From assembly GCA_965208125.1 (NCBI GenBank), contig OZ242320.1, positions 160,001-224,000 on the forward strand: DNA of 64,000 bases, in the 5' to 3' direction. This document shows, in pieces, positions 12,340 through 22,373 of the stretch. Positions within the stretch are counted from its first letter, which is position 1. Every line of letters begins with the position of its first letter. The stretch comes from Candidatus Latescibacterota bacterium (GTDB lineage Bacteria > Latescibacterota > UBA2968). The translations under genes were made by a program, and so were the position numbers. The notes below the pieces were generated by a model. That model worked only from the letters and a program-made list of their open reading frames with translations. It searched no databases and was not told the DNA's origin.

Positions 12340-12487
12340 AAAAAAAACGCGCCACCTTCCGGTAGCGCGCGGTGCAAATAAATAAAAATTGCCAGATATC
12401 CGGTGGTGGACATACATCTCCCATCGCGCCTGTCCACCACCAGCGTCCGCCAATATTAAACAGCTCTGTCATCGCACTCAAAAACAT
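12340..12487 (-). promoter_or_regulatory. Trp attenuator 2 (WWW leader, 11-bp hairpin, intrinsic terminator)
   Basis: TGG TGG TGG at 12434-12442 within GGTGGTGGACA/TGTCCACCACC stem; terminator GCGCGCTACC-GGAA-GGTGGCGCGT+T-run at 12340-12370. Confidence 0.75.
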
Positions 12488-12501
12488 CGCATAATATCCA
12501 T

Positions 12502-12533
12502 AAAAAAAACCGCCGTCAAAAGCCGACGGCGGT
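12502..12533 (-). terminator. Attenuator 1 terminator
   Basis: ACCGCCGTC-GGCTTTT-GACGGCGGT followed by T-run. Confidence 0.85.
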
Positions 12534-12564
12534 CAATTCAGAATTTTCAAATAAATACAATCCG

Positions 12565-12675
12565 TCAGCAAACCCACACAACGGCACGCCACCAGCCACG
12601 GACGGTTTCAGACACACGGGGAGCCAGCACCCTATCGGGCGTCGCATCAGTCAAAATGTGATCGTGCATAGTCAT
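12565..12675 (-). CDS. trpL: Trp leader peptide (36 aa)
   Basis: GGGAG RBS; MTMHDHILTDATPDRVLAPRVSETVRGWWRAVVWVC; GWWR as in E. coli TrpL; followed by antiterminator/terminator. Confidence 0.8.
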   Translation of the reverse strand: MTMHDHILTDATPDRVLAPRVSETVRGWWRAVVWVC

Positions 12676-12700
12676 AACAAACTCCCGTGAAATATCGCCG

Positions 12701-12748
12701 AAAAAATAACGACTTCAACAACTCGTGTCAAGCCGTTTGATTTTCTTT
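12701..12748. repeat. Left copy of 48-bp imperfect direct repeat; contains TTGACA-17-TATTTT promoter (- strand)
   Basis: Matches 16202-16249 with 6 mismatches by eye. Confidence 0.8.
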
Positions 12749-14219
12749 AGCTCACGAACCGGAACGAATAGAGCTTCACTGACCGCATCACGACGCGAAG
12801 CCGCAGCGGTCCTCGATCCGTGGGGATCCGACGGCCGGCCCCCTGCCACGACACGCCTGTCTTGATTGCATTGGCGACAATCGTCTCGCACGTCTTCAGC
12901 GTGTAGCCTTCCAGGGGACGCCCCTCCTCGTCCTGCAGCTCGACCAGCAGCCAGCCGCTCCCGCCACAATCTACATTCAGCTCGAGCGCCTGACCGTCGA
13001 ATGCCAGCGGCGGAGTCACAAACTCTCCGCCAGAAAGAGACGCATCCGCCGAGACAAAACCGTCCCGCCTCAGGATCGCCCGGAACAGCCCGGTATTCCA
13101 ACCGTCGCGCACCTCATCATTGTGCCGACTTCCCCGGCCCGAATAATAGATCCACATCTCGGTCTCGGTAAGCACGGGCCAGACATTGGCCATCACCATA
13201 CCACCCGATGGCCCTCCATCCAGCCCCCGGCGGATGAACGGCTCCCGGTCTCCCTGATGCGACCATATGATCCCGTCACGGCTCGTGAGGAGCCGGACGT
13301 CCATCGTGGCTGGAAAATCGGACGCTTCCCAGTGGTAGTAAGCAGCGGGCATCATGAAATACGCATCATCTGCCTCGGGATGCTTGTAAACTGCGTTCGT
13401 GTAGTAATCGACCTGCGGCCTGTCCATCGACCGGGGAGGCAGAGGAGCTTCCAGGTCCAGCGCATCCCCTTCCAGGACGACCAGCGTGGGCTGTGACCAG
13501 GTCTTAAAGTCGGGCGACGTGATCCGACCAACGGATCGGTACCGCTTTCCGAGCTTCATTTCCGCCGCCTCGTCCCGTCGCTGGGTCTCGTGCACCCGCG
13601 TATAGCCTACGTAGAGGTCCAGGCTGTCATCCCAGAAGAAAACATTCTGAGTATCGCACATCTGGTCGGGCGGATTCGGCTGGCCCTCATCATACGTCCA
13701 ATGGATCCCGTCGGGTGAATGCATGGCCCAAAGCCCTGGCAGAACACCGGCCTCAATCTCATCATCCCTGGGATAGTACTTCGACCAGAGCCGGTAGCGC
13801 GAATCAGCGGGCGCGCGTTCGTCTATATAGACCGTCGCGCCCTGCATACTCTGACGCTCATCCAGCGGGGCGACGATGTTGTTGGCGGTGCTACCCTGGA
13901 ACGTGACGAGGTGCATCTCCGGCTTCTGCCAGGAGACCCCGTCTTCGGACTCCGCATAGCAGAGACGAACCGCCCCTTCCTGCGGACCTCCCGATTTCAT
14001 CTGTGCGCCGTACCAGAGCCGGAAGTGCCGCTCCCCTTCCCGGATCACCGTGTTGTACGCCCCAATCCCGAGCTTCTCCCACGGCTTGTCCGCCCGGAGC
14101 ACTGGCTCGGGGGACTGCAAAGGCGGATTCATACGGAGATTGACACCAGAGACTCGATCAAAGAAGCGCGCGTCAATGAAAAGCTGTTTCCGGCTCCCAA
14201 CCTGGACTGCAGCGGCCAT
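12747..14219 (-). CDS. Putative beta-propeller glycoside-hydrolase-like protein
   Basis: KQLFID start, Asp-box-like SEDGVSW/SPDGIHW/SRDGIIW, C-terminal LRRDGFVS...LYSFRF. Confidence 0.65.
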   Translation of the reverse strand: MAAAVQVGSRKQLFIDARFFDRVSGVNLRMNPPLQSPEPVLRADKPWEKLGIGAYNTVIREGERHFRLWYGAQMKSGGPQEGAVRLCYAESEDGVSWQKPEMHLVTFQGSTANNIVAPLDERQSMQGATVYIDERAPADSRYRLWSKYYPRDDEIEAGVLPGLWAMHSPDGIHWTYDEGQPNPPDQMCDTQNVFFWDDSLDLYVGYTRVHETQRRDEAAEMKLGKRYRSVGRITSPDFKTWSQPTLVVLEGDALDLEAPLPPRSMDRPQVDYYTNAVYKHPEADDAYFMMPAAYYHWEASDFPATMDVRLLTSRDGIIWSHQGDREPFIRRGLDGGPSGGMVMANVWPVLTETEMWIYYSGRGSRHNDEVRDGWNTGLFRAILRRDGFVSADASLSGGEFVTPPLAFDGQALELNVDCGGSGWLLVELQDEEGRPLEGYTLKTCETIVANAIKTGVSWQGAGRRIPTDRGPLRLRVVMRSVKLYSFRFVS

Positions 14220-14283
14220 GAGATACCCCTTCCTGTTGTCGATGCCAACTACAAAAAGTTTACCTGATCCATCCTGTACATCC

Positions 14284-15231
14284 CTACACACACGCAAGAG
14301 CGGCCAACAGGGCTTTGATATACCCGACTGAGTAGGCGAGCGCGTGGGTATTGCCAGCAGGCCCATCCCCTTCAAGCGTCGGATAGTGATCGGGATTCAG
14401 ACAGCCGTCGTAACCCACCCGCTTCAACTCGCGCAAGATCTTGAACATGTTCATATCCCCATCGTCGAGCAGGACCTCTTCGAACGCACCGGCGGTTGCA
14501 AAGCTCGCACGCACGTTTCGAAAGTGAACCTCGAAGAGACGTCCCTTTCGCCCGTAGTTGTGAATCTCGTCCAGGACGAGTGGAAGTCCTCCGGCCTCCG
14601 CGCGTGTCCCACAACAGTAGAGGTAACCGACACACGGGTTCGGAAAGGCATCGATCACCCGGTGGAATCCCAGCCCGCCGAAGAGCGCATCCTGCGTCGG
14701 CGGGTCGGAGGGATGCATCATCAGTCTGACGCCTGTGGCTTCCGCGACGGGCACGAGCCGTTCGTAAGCCGCACAGACGCGCCCCCACCGCTGCTCTCGC
14801 ACTGCTATGGCCGGTGGCTCATCCCCCTCTGCGAGTGACAGACTGTCCCCTCGAGCCAGGTAACCACCGCGGTGCGATGCCCGATAGTGTCCAATCATCC
14901 AGGGATCCGTGGAATAGTCGAAGTGCACCCGTCCAAGAGGATAGCCTGCTTCGCCAAGGACCCGGACGGACTCACACGCGATGTCGAGTTCCTCCTCAGC
15001 ACCATCCTCTTCGTCCATGAACCGCTTCGATAGACCGGGCAAACTGATGCGATTCACCTGCAGACCCCAAGAATGAACCCGTTTCTTCATTTTTAGTGCC
15101 TCGTCCAGATCGAAGACGCCACGGTCATCGGTCGGCAATGGCAGGGCATCGACGCAATCGACGCCCAACTGGGTCAGCTGGCGCAACGTCGCATCGGACG
15201 GGTCTTGACACCAGGCAGCTACTTTGATCAT
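14284..15231 (-). CDS. Mannonate dehydratase (UxuA)-like protein
   Basis: MHPSDPP, VHFRNV, FEEVLLDDGDMNM, PDHYP, AYSVGYIKAL. Confidence 0.8.
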   Translation of the reverse strand: MIKVAAWCQDPSDATLRQLTQLGVDCVDALPLPTDDRGVFDLDEALKMKKRVHSWGLQVNRISLPGLSKRFMDEEDGAEEELDIACESVRVLGEAGYPLGRVHFDYSTDPWMIGHYRASHRGGYLARGDSLSLAEGDEPPAIAVREQRWGRVCAAYERLVPVAEATGVRLMMHPSDPPTQDALFGGLGFHRVIDAFPNPCVGYLYCCGTRAEAGGLPLVLDEIHNYGRKGRLFEVHFRNVRASFATAGAFEEVLLDDGDMNMFKILRELKRVGYDGCLNPDHYPTLEGDGPAGNTHALAYSVGYIKALLAALACV

Positions 15232-15296
15232 GGGGAACCTCCAGGAAAAGAAGATGAACCAGGAACAGCGAGGAAAAAACGAATGTGGATGAAGCG

Positions 15297-16142
15297 CTAC
15301 CCTCCTTCTGGATGGCGGCCGCCGAGCAATTGAAGCAGGCGATCGCTGGCAGACACCCGCGCATCTTCGGGAATGGGCACCCGGTTCATCCACCCGAACC
15401 GCCGGAACGCCCAGTCAACCGCGTACTGCGACTGCATCAGGTACCGCGTGCGATCGGACCTGTTCGGCGCCCCCCGGTGCCAGCACTGCGGATCCTGCAC
15501 ATAGATGTCTCCTGCCTTGCAGAAAACGGATACGGGACCTTGCCCCTCGAACTCTGGATTCTCCTGGCTGTTCGGATCCTTGCCCGAAAGGTGACTTCCG
15601 GGGACGTACTGTGTGGGCCCATGTTCGATCCGCTCGATATCGCTCAGCGCCATTTGCACGGTAATCCAGAGCACTGGCGGCCGAATCCAGGGATCGTGAC
15701 GGGGCACGCCCTCCGGGACGGGGAAGTGGACCGCACCATCCACGTGCCACCTTTCAATCGCCACGCCGGACTGGTTTCGCAGTACGTTTTGTCCACAGAA
15801 CCGGCAATTGGGTCCGACAATCGCCTCGGCAAGGCTCAGGATCGGTTCCCGAAGAAGCATCTCCCTGAAGATCCCGTCCAGCGCGATCGTGTTCCGCAGG
15901 ATAAACGGTTGATCCCCCTCGCCGTGCATTTGCACGTAGCGGCGGTCATGCAAGCCGAGGTCTTCCTCTTCCGCAAGCAGAGGATCGTCGAGAAGCGCAT
16001 CCGTTCGGTCTCGCAGCGCCTGCATTTCACCTGCTTCGAGCACGCCGGGGATATGCACAAAACCGTCCCTGTGGAAACGGTTGATGATCTCCCGGGTGGT
16101 CTCTTCTCCGAAAGGCTCGCCGGATTGGATCGGACTCGACAA
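15297..16142 (-). CDS. Phytanoyl-CoA dioxygenase (PhyH) family 2OG-Fe(II) oxygenase
   Basis: FHRDGF, WHVD, GPTQYVPGSH, WHRG...R; TTG start after AAGGAGG. Confidence 0.88.
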   Translation of the reverse strand: MSSPIQSGEPFGEETTREIINRFHRDGFVHIPGVLEAGEMQALRDRTDALLDDPLLAEEEDLGLHDRRYVQMHGEGDQPFILRNTIALDGIFREMLLREPILSLAEAIVGPNCRFCGQNVLRNQSGVAIERWHVDGAVHFPVPEGVPRHDPWIRPPVLWITVQMALSDIERIEHGPTQYVPGSHLSGKDPNSQENPEFEGQGPVSVFCKAGDIYVQDPQCWHRGAPNRSDRTRYLMQSQYAVDWAFRRFGWMNRVPIPEDARVSASDRLLQLLGGRHPEGG

Positions 16143-16201
16143 TGGAATCCTCCTTAAGATGGTCCAGAAGGACGTTAGAACACCCCTCTAATGTATCATC
16201 A

Positions 16202-16249
16202 AAAAAATAGCGACTCCAAAAACTCACGTCAAGCCGTTTGATCTTCTTT
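16202..16249. repeat. Right copy of 48-bp imperfect direct repeat
   Basis: Overlaps 3' end of DUF393 gene; contains TTGACG-17-TATTTT on - strand. Confidence 0.8.
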
Positions 16250-16651
16250 TTTCTCTACTACGCGCTCCCCATAAGACAACTCGCACGTCCCCGTATCGCA
16301 CGCCACGCGACCCGAAAGGTGTCGATATCGCGCAATCAGCGCGTATCCCGCCCGAAAAACGAGATGCAAAACCGGCACGCGGTACAACCAGGCAAACAGA
16401 TGGAAAGGCGGCAGCCTGCGATAGATTTGATACACGGCATCCGCACCTACAAAAATATCCTCTTTGCCCACCACCAGGCGCATACCCGTATTAAAATCCG
16501 ACGACGCCAGCTTTGGAAAATGGTCTTCAATCCCCTGCGTCTGCCTGGGCAAATAATCAAACTGACTGCGTTTGTCTTTCTTTTTCATACGGCGAACGCT
16601 CCAGATACAAAAACGACATTCGCCATCATATACAACAATCGGTTTTTCCAT
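16229..16651 (-). CDS. DCC1-like thiol-disulfide oxidoreductase (DUF393)
   Basis: VVYDGECRFC, GADA, YALIARYR motifs. Confidence 0.88.
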   Translation of the reverse strand: MEKPIVVYDGECRFCIWSVRRMKKKDKRSQFDYLPRQTQGIEDHFPKLASSDFNTGMRLVVGKEDIFVGADAVYQIYRRLPPFHLFAWLYRVPVLHLVFRAGYALIARYRHLSGRVACDTGTCELSYGERVVEKKEDQTA

Positions 16652-16670
16652 CACGCCTCCGCGAAAAAAC

Positions 16671-17861
16671 CTAACTCCTCGGATAAAACACATCCACCAG
16701 AGTCTCCACATCATCCCAAGCGCAATTGAATCGCTCTTCAAAACTGCGATGGATATTGCGCTCAACCTCTGTCTCGTCGGGCAGCGGGAACACAATCGTC
16801 TCTCGATCGGCCTCTATTGACGCATTCACCGCCAGACTCATCTCCTGATCCAACCGACCCATCGCAGCACCGTAATCCGGCTCGCGATCTTCTCGAACGG
16901 CATTGGCGATACTCAACAACTCATCCGTCACGGCCACTTGCCCTTCACTCAGCGCATAGTTTGCAAATGGATTCTCCCACGCAATCGCACCGCCGGACAA
17001 CTCATAGCGAATCTCGCGCAACACATTTACCCCATTTACCCTTTCCGTCACGCGCACGGGTTCATAAGCCACGCCCTGTGCCCCTGTCTCCAATTCATCT
17101 TTTGGCACAACATACACATTGCCATCCACAATGCTACCCGCTGTCCCGTCAATCTCATCCATACCAGCTTGCTTGCGCCCGAGTGAACGCGCGTGAATCA
17201 CATTGGAATACACCATAAGTGCAGCCACATCATTGTCGAATTCTAAAAAACTCAAACTCCATCTTTCCAACTCGTGATGCCGTTTCATGCGATCTATATG
17301 TGGAATCACGGGCGTTGTATGGCTCAACCCAATCACCTGCCTGGGATTGCCACCGGCCAACACGCGCAACAAACTCATCCCGTGATACCCGCCCTCGTGA
17401 CATATCCGATAGATCCGTCCAATCTCTCCGATAACATCCGATACGAGCACCTGCTTCTTCAATCGCTCAATCGGCGCGCGATAATAATTCTCGGCCACCT
17501 CCAGATAAACGCCCGCATCTCGCGCCGCTCGAATCATCAAATCCGCTGCCGGTCGAGTCATAGCAATAGGCGTCTCCACAACCTGATGCACACCAGCTTG
17601 CGCCAAAAAACAGCAAATCGCATGGTGCGCCACGCCTGGCACCACCACATCGGCAACATCGATATCTTCATTATCGACCAGGTCGCGCACACTCGTATAA
17701 GCCCTTACCCCGTGTTCTGCTGCCAAACCCTGGGCTGTTTCCTCATCCTTATCGCAAATGGCGACAAAGTCAAAAACATCTGCCAACTGCACAATCACAG
17801 GCAAATGCGCCCCTGCACCGCGCCGCCCGGCGCCCACAAGTGCAATTTTGAGACGAGCCAT
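16671..17861 (-). CDS. Gfo/Idh/MocA family oxidoreductase
   Basis: ALVGAGRRG Rossmann, VETPIA (EKP-equivalent), VAENY. Confidence 0.88.
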   Translation of the reverse strand: MARLKIALVGAGRRGAGAHLPVIVQLADVFDFVAICDKDEETAQGLAAEHGVRAYTSVRDLVDNEDIDVADVVVPGVAHHAICCFLAQAGVHQVVETPIAMTRPAADLMIRAARDAGVYLEVAENYYRAPIERLKKQVLVSDVIGEIGRIYRICHEGGYHGMSLLRVLAGGNPRQVIGLSHTTPVIPHIDRMKRHHELERWSLSFLEFDNDVAALMVYSNVIHARSLGRKQAGMDEIDGTAGSIVDGNVYVVPKDELETGAQGVAYEPVRVTERVNGVNVLREIRYELSGGAIAWENPFANYALSEGQVAVTDELLSIANAVREDREPDYGAAMGRLDQEMSLAVNASIEADRETIVFPLPDETEVERNIHRSFEERFNCAWDDVETLVDVFYPRS

Positions 17862-17991
17862 AACATCCCTCCAATAAAGTTTGTTTTCGCCATTCTGCCA
17901 ATGATCTCACATCAATCTGCTTGCGGAATTTTTATCTTAACCTATCTTGGCGATAAATCAAACAATAATCAACACAAAAGAGGAGTAACCC

Positions 17992-18408
17992 ATGTCGCAA
18001 AATAAAACCATAGGAGGTGGGGGCTTTCACCACGTTGCAATTCGCGCCCACGACTTTGAAGCATCCGTACAATTTTATACCGAAGCTCTGGGATTTCAAA
18101 AAAAAATCGCCTGGGGCGAAAGCAAAAGACGCGCCATCATGCTCGACACTGGAGATGGAAATTACCTCGAAATTTTCGCCAATGGAACAGATGAACCCAA
18201 ACCGGAAGGGTCCATCATCCACTTTGCACTGCGCACCAGCGATTGCGACGCCGCTATCGAACGCGCTAGAGCGGCCGGCGCCCAAATTACCGTAGAACCC
18301 AAAGACGTCGAAATCCCCAGCGAACCCCACAAAACCCCTGTACGCATCGCCTTTTGCAAAGGCCCCGATGACGAAATCATCGAATTTTTTCAAAACGAAT
18401 TGACGTGA
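17992..18408 (+). CDS. VOC/glyoxalase family protein
   Basis: HHVAI...FYTEALGF...LEIF...HFAL...GPDDEIIEF. Confidence 0.9.
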   Translation: MSQNKTIGGGGFHHVAIRAHDFEASVQFYTEALGFQKKIAWGESKRRAIMLDTGDGNYLEIFANGTDEPKPEGSIIHFALRTSDCDAAIERARAAGAQITVEPKDVEIPSEPHKTPVRIAFCKGPDDEIIEFFQNELT

Positions 18409-18441
18409 TCAACTTACATCTGCCGGGGAAAAGGAAAAATC

Positions 18442-18864
18442 ATGAACAAAATTATACCTGTTTTGTGTCTGATATTCGCAATCATCGCATGCGGTGACGA
18501 CAACCCCGCCGATTCGGGACAACCTGTCGTCAATCAAACATTTGATCTGTCGAGTGGATCAATTGAAGACTTTCGCTTTACCGTTGACACCGACATACAG
18601 CTAAACGTCATCCTCCAGGGAGAATTTAGCGTTGAGAACGGCACGGTTCAGATGGCCGTTATGAGCGAATTCCAGTATCAAAACTGGTTAGAAGGGGGAA
18701 CGCCCCTCGTACTTTACAGCCCGGGCGAAACATCTGGAGAAACCTTTCGCTTATCCATTGATGAGAGTGACACCTACTACATTGTTTTTCGCAACGCAGG
18801 TGCAAATACCGTAACGATCAAAGCCGAAATTTTTCTGCTCAGTACCGCCGAGCAAGACATTTAG
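18442..18864 (+). CDS. Hypothetical lipoprotein
   Basis: Signal with IIAC-GDDNP; beta-rich body ending TYYIVFRN. Confidence 0.7.
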   Translation: MNKIIPVLCLIFAIIACGDDNPADSGQPVVNQTFDLSSGSIEDFRFTVDTDIQLNVILQGEFSVENGTVQMAVMSEFQYQNWLEGGTPLVLYSPGETSGETFRLSIDESDTYYIVFRNAGANTVTIKAEIFLLSTAEQDI

Positions 18865-18938
18865 ACTACCCGGAAAAATTCCTGCCCGTGCTTATCAGAT
18901 ATGCGTCACTGAAACGCATTTCTATCCCAATTTTCCGA

Positions 18939-18967
18939 TTGACGAAACAAGAAGAACCAGTTATAAT
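18939..18967 (+). promoter_or_regulatory. Sigma70-like promoter of frd operon
   Basis: TTGACG-17-TATAAT. Confidence 0.7.
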
Positions 18968-19007
18968 TATTCCTCTTCATTATCAATCACAGTTAAACGA
19001 GGTATTT

Positions 19008-20714
19008 ATGAACATCCCCAGGCATGACGTGCTCTTAGTAGGTGGAGGGGGTGCGGGCCTGCGTGCTGCAATCGCCGCATCTGAAACATATCAAGACGCA
19101 GATATTGGCGTAGTCTCCAAAGTCTATCCCATGCGAAGTCATACCGTCTCTGCCGAAGGCGGCACGGCAGCGGTCATGCGAGAAGACGACAACCTGGACC
19201 TGCATGCTTATGACACCATCAAGGGCAGCGACTTTCTCTGCGATCAGGATGTCGTAGAAGCCTTTGTCAAAGAAGCCGTTGATGAAGTCATCCAATTAGA
19301 ACATTGGGGGTGTCCCTGGAGCCGAGACGAAGACGGTCGCGTAAGCGTCCGCGCATTTGGTGGCATGAGTGTTAAACGCACGCTCTATGCGGCCGACAAA
19401 ACCGGTTTCCACATGTTGCACGCCCTCTTTCAAACATCTCTCAAATACGACGCCATTACCCGATACGACGAATGGTTCGTCACCTCTTTACTCGTCGAAG
19501 ATGGCAGGGTATGCGGCGTCACCGCTCTCAACATCCGATCCGGCAACATTCACGCCATTGGCGCAAAATCCGTCATTATATGCACGGGTGGCGCGGGCAA
19601 AATTTTTCCATTTACCACCAATGCCGCCATCAAAAACGGCGATGGAATGGCTCTTGCCTATCGCATTGGCTGTCCACTAAAAGACCTCGAATTTGTACAA
19701 TATCATCCCACGGGCTTGCCCGGCACCGGCATCTTAATGACCGAAGCTTCTCGGGGCGAAGGCGGTCACCTCGTCAACAGCCAAGGCGAACGCTACCTCA
19801 GCGAATACGTCCCCGGCAAAATGGAACTCGGTCCGCGCGACATCTTATCTCGCTCCTTTATTCACGAACAGCGCAAGGGCAACGTCTTTGAAGGTCCTGA
19901 TGGCAGCTACGTTCACCTCGACCTTCGGCACCTGGGTGAAAAAATCATTGACGAAAGACTGCCCTTCGTACGCGAACTTACCCGCAATTACGTCGGCATT
20001 GATCCGGTTCACGAACCCATTCCCGTGCGCCCAGTTGTCCACTACTGCATGGGCGGCGTACATACCGACATTGATGGTGCAACACCCATCCCCGGTCTTT
20101 ATGCTGCAGGTGAGGCGGCTTGTGTTAGCCTCAATGGAGCCAATCGCCTGGGATCCAACTCACTGAGCGAATGCCTCGTCTTCGGCGCGCGCGCAGGCCT
20201 GGTAGCCGCGCAACACGCCGCCGATACCGACTTTGCAGATTCGACCTCAATGGCCAAAATGGCGCAAGACGAGCAAAAACGCATTGAAACCCAATTCTTT
20301 GGCAATAACGGCAAAGAGCGCGTGGCCAATATCCGCGATGATCTCCGCAAAACTATGGAAGAAGGCGCGGGCATTTTCCGAACCGAAGACGCGCTCAAAG
20401 CCACGTGTGACACCATTCGCACCCTCAAAGAACGCTATAAAAATATCGGCATAGACGACCACTCGCGCGTCTTCAATACCGATCTCATCAACGCCCTCGA
20501 ACTGGGTTACATGCTCGACGTCGCCGAAGGACTCGCACACTCGGCCCTCTTGCGGCGCGAATCTCGAGGCTCTCACGCGCGATCAGACTATGAAGAGCGC
20601 GACGACGAAAACTTCCTCAAACACTCTCTGGCCTATCAAACCGATGGCGACCCCCGCATCGAGTACCTGCCCGTAACACTCACGCGCTGGGAACCCGAAG
20701 AACGAACCTATTAA
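19008..20714 (+). CDS. frdA: Fumarate reductase/succinate dehydrogenase flavoprotein
   Basis: [16 protein letters not shown] (covalent FAD His), [22 protein letters not shown]. Confidence 0.95.
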   Translation: MNIPRHDVLLVGGGGAGLRAAIAASETYQDADIGVVSKVYPMRSHTVSAEGGTAAVMREDDNLDLHAYDTIKGSDFLCDQDVVEAFVKEAVDEVIQLEHWGCPWSRDEDGRVSVRAFGGMSVKRTLYAADKTGFHMLHALFQTSLKYDAITRYDEWFVTSLLVEDGRVCGVTALNIRSGNIHAIGAKSVIICTGGAGKIFPFTTNAAIKNGDGMALAYRIGCPLKDLEFVQYHPTGLPGTGILMTEASRGEGGHLVNSQGERYLSEYVPGKMELGPRDILSRSFIHEQRKGNVFEGPDGSYVHLDLRHLGEKIIDERLPFVRELTRNYVGIDPVHEPIPVRPVVHYCMGGVHTDIDGATPIPGLYAAGEAACVSLNGANRLGSNSLSECLVFGARAGLVAAQHAADTDFADSTSMAKMAQDEQKRIETQFFGNNGKERVANIRDDLRKTMEEGAGIFRTEDALKATCDTIRTLKERYKNIGIDDHSRVFNTDLINALELGYMLDVAEGLAHSALLRRESRGSHARSDYEERDDENFLKHSLAYQTDGDPRIEYLPVTLTRWEPEERTY

Positions 20715-20724
20715 AGGAAAATTT

Positions 20725-21477
20725 ATGAGCGATCTCAGAACCATAAAAATCACGGTATTGCGCTATCGTCCCGAAGAAGAGGATGCGCCAACCGAACAGA
20801 CTTACGAAGTTGAATTTCGCGACGACTGGGTCGTTCTCGACGCGCTCAACCACATCAAAGACCACATCGACGGCACGCTCTCATTCCGCTGGTCTTGTCG
20901 CATGGGTGTGTGCGGTAGTTGCGGCATGATGGTCAACGGCGAACCCAAACTCACCTGTGCCGCGATGTTGCGCGACTATTATCCCAACGAAGTGCGCGTG
21001 GAACCCCTGGTCAACTTCCCCATAGTGCGCGATCTCGTTACCGACATGACCGACTTTATGGACAAACTCAAAGCGGTCAAACCCTGGATCATTCGAGAAG
21101 AAGAAAAACCCGTATCCGAAGGAGAATACCTCCAGACGCCGGATCAGCTCAAAGATTACAAGCAATTCAGCCAGTGCATCAACTGCATGCTCTGTTATGC
21201 GGCCTGTCCGGTCTATGGCCTCGAACACGACTTCGTCGGTCCGGCCGCAATTGCCCTGGGCCATCGCTACAACCTCGATTCCCGAGATGAAGGCAATCAA
21301 CAGCGTCAACACGTCATTGCCAGCAAAGAAGGCATCTGGGAATGCACGTATGTCGGTGAATGCTCCGTCGTTTGTCCCAAACACGTCGATCCCGCAGAAG
21401 CCATTCAACAGACCAAAGTGGCAACCACAACCAACCGCTTGAAATCGCTTGTCATGCCCTGGGGAAATAAAACATGA
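20725..21477 (+). CDS. frdB: Fumarate reductase iron-sulfur subunit
   Basis: [34 protein letters not shown]. Confidence 0.95.
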   Translation: MSDLRTIKITVLRYRPEEEDAPTEQTYEVEFRDDWVVLDALNHIKDHIDGTLSFRWSCRMGVCGSCGMMVNGEPKLTCAAMLRDYYPNEVRVEPLVNFPIVRDLVTDMTDFMDKLKAVKPWIIREEEKPVSEGEYLQTPDQLKDYKQFSQCINCMLCYAACPVYGLEHDFVGPAAIALGHRYNLDSRDEGNQQRQHVIASKEGIWECTYVGECSVVCPKHVDPAEAIQQTKVATTTNRLKSLVMPWGNKT

Positions 21478-21908
21478 TGCTCGATTCCGAAACGACCCAA
21501 ACCTATACGCGCCCCATATCCAAAGCCTGGTGGCTACGCGACCGCGGACATTTTAATCGCAGATATTTCATGTTCTTGCTCCGCGAACTCACAAGCGTAT
21601 TCGTCGCCCTGTACGTCGTGCTCTTTATCTACGAAATTTTTCTATTAACAAAAGGGCCAGACGCACACGCAGCCTTCCGCGAATCTCTGAGTTCAGGTCC
21701 CTGGATCGCATTTCACATCATCGCCCTGATCTTCGCTCTGTACCACAGTTGGACCTGGCTGGGACTAACGACCAAAATGCAGGCGGCGGGACGTGGCCTC
21801 GTAAAAATTGGCACAAAGACCCTGCCACCCATCTTTATTGCACTGGGGTCTTACGGCGCCTGGATAGTTGCAACAATCGTCATCGCCTACCTGTTCATAA
21901 CTCTTTAG
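21474..21908 (+). CDS. frdC: Fumarate reductase anchor subunit C
   Basis: WW...[13 protein letters not shown], three TM helices, operon position. Confidence 0.88.
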   Translation: MMLDSETTQTYTRPISKAWWLRDRGHFNRRYFMFLLRELTSVFVALYVVLFIYEIFLLTKGPDAHAAFRESLSSGPWIAFHIIALIFALYHSWTWLGLTTKMQAAGRGLVKIGTKTLPPIFIALGSYGAWIVATIVIAYLFITL

Positions 21909-21923
21909 ACCGAGGATATCCCT

Positions 21924-22286
21924 GTGAATTACAAAGAACACAAAAGCGAACCCTTCTGGTGGGGCATGTTCTCGCAAGGCGGTGTTATTGCCGCACTCCT
22001 CATACCCATCCACATTTTCCTGGGCGGCATCGCCGTACATTTGGGACTTATAGACGCCGAACTCATGTCACATGAACGCTTGACCGAACTGCTCCAAAAT
22101 CCGTTAGTCAAAGTCTATCTCTGTGTCCTGCTCATCTTCCCACTCTACCACGCGGCTCACCGAATCCGCTTCACCCTCGCTGAAATTGGATTGCACAGCC
22201 TCGCCAAAATCCTGCCCTTTCTCTGTTATGGCGGCGCATTGGCAGGCACAGCGGTAGTACTCTACATCTTGTGGGTATTGCTCTAA
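21924..22286 (+). CDS. frdD: Fumarate reductase anchor subunit D
   Basis: EPFWWGMFSQGG, HAAHRI, CYGGA. Confidence 0.9.
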   Translation: MNYKEHKSEPFWWGMFSQGGVIAALLIPIHIFLGGIAVHLGLIDAELMSHERLTELLQNPLVKVYLCVLLIFPLYHAAHRIRFTLAEIGLHSLAKILPFLCYGGALAGTAVVLYILWVLL

Positions 22287-22311
22287 GCCATCTCAACCAT
22301 AAAAAAATAAA

Positions 22312-22355
22312 AAGCTCGGATGATGCTGAAGAAGTTCATCCGAGCTTGTGTTTTT
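22312..22355. terminator. Bidirectional intrinsic terminator
   Basis: AAGCTCGGATGA/TCATCCGAGCTT stem with A- and T-rich flanks between convergent genes. Confidence 0.7.
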
Positions 22356-22373
22356 GCGGCAAAAAACCAATTT

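Noticed and set aside
12300-12700. T-box riboswitch upstream of trpS
   Set aside because: No AAGGTGGNACC T-box core or stem I motifs; GGTGG repeats are explained by Trp codons and their pairing partners
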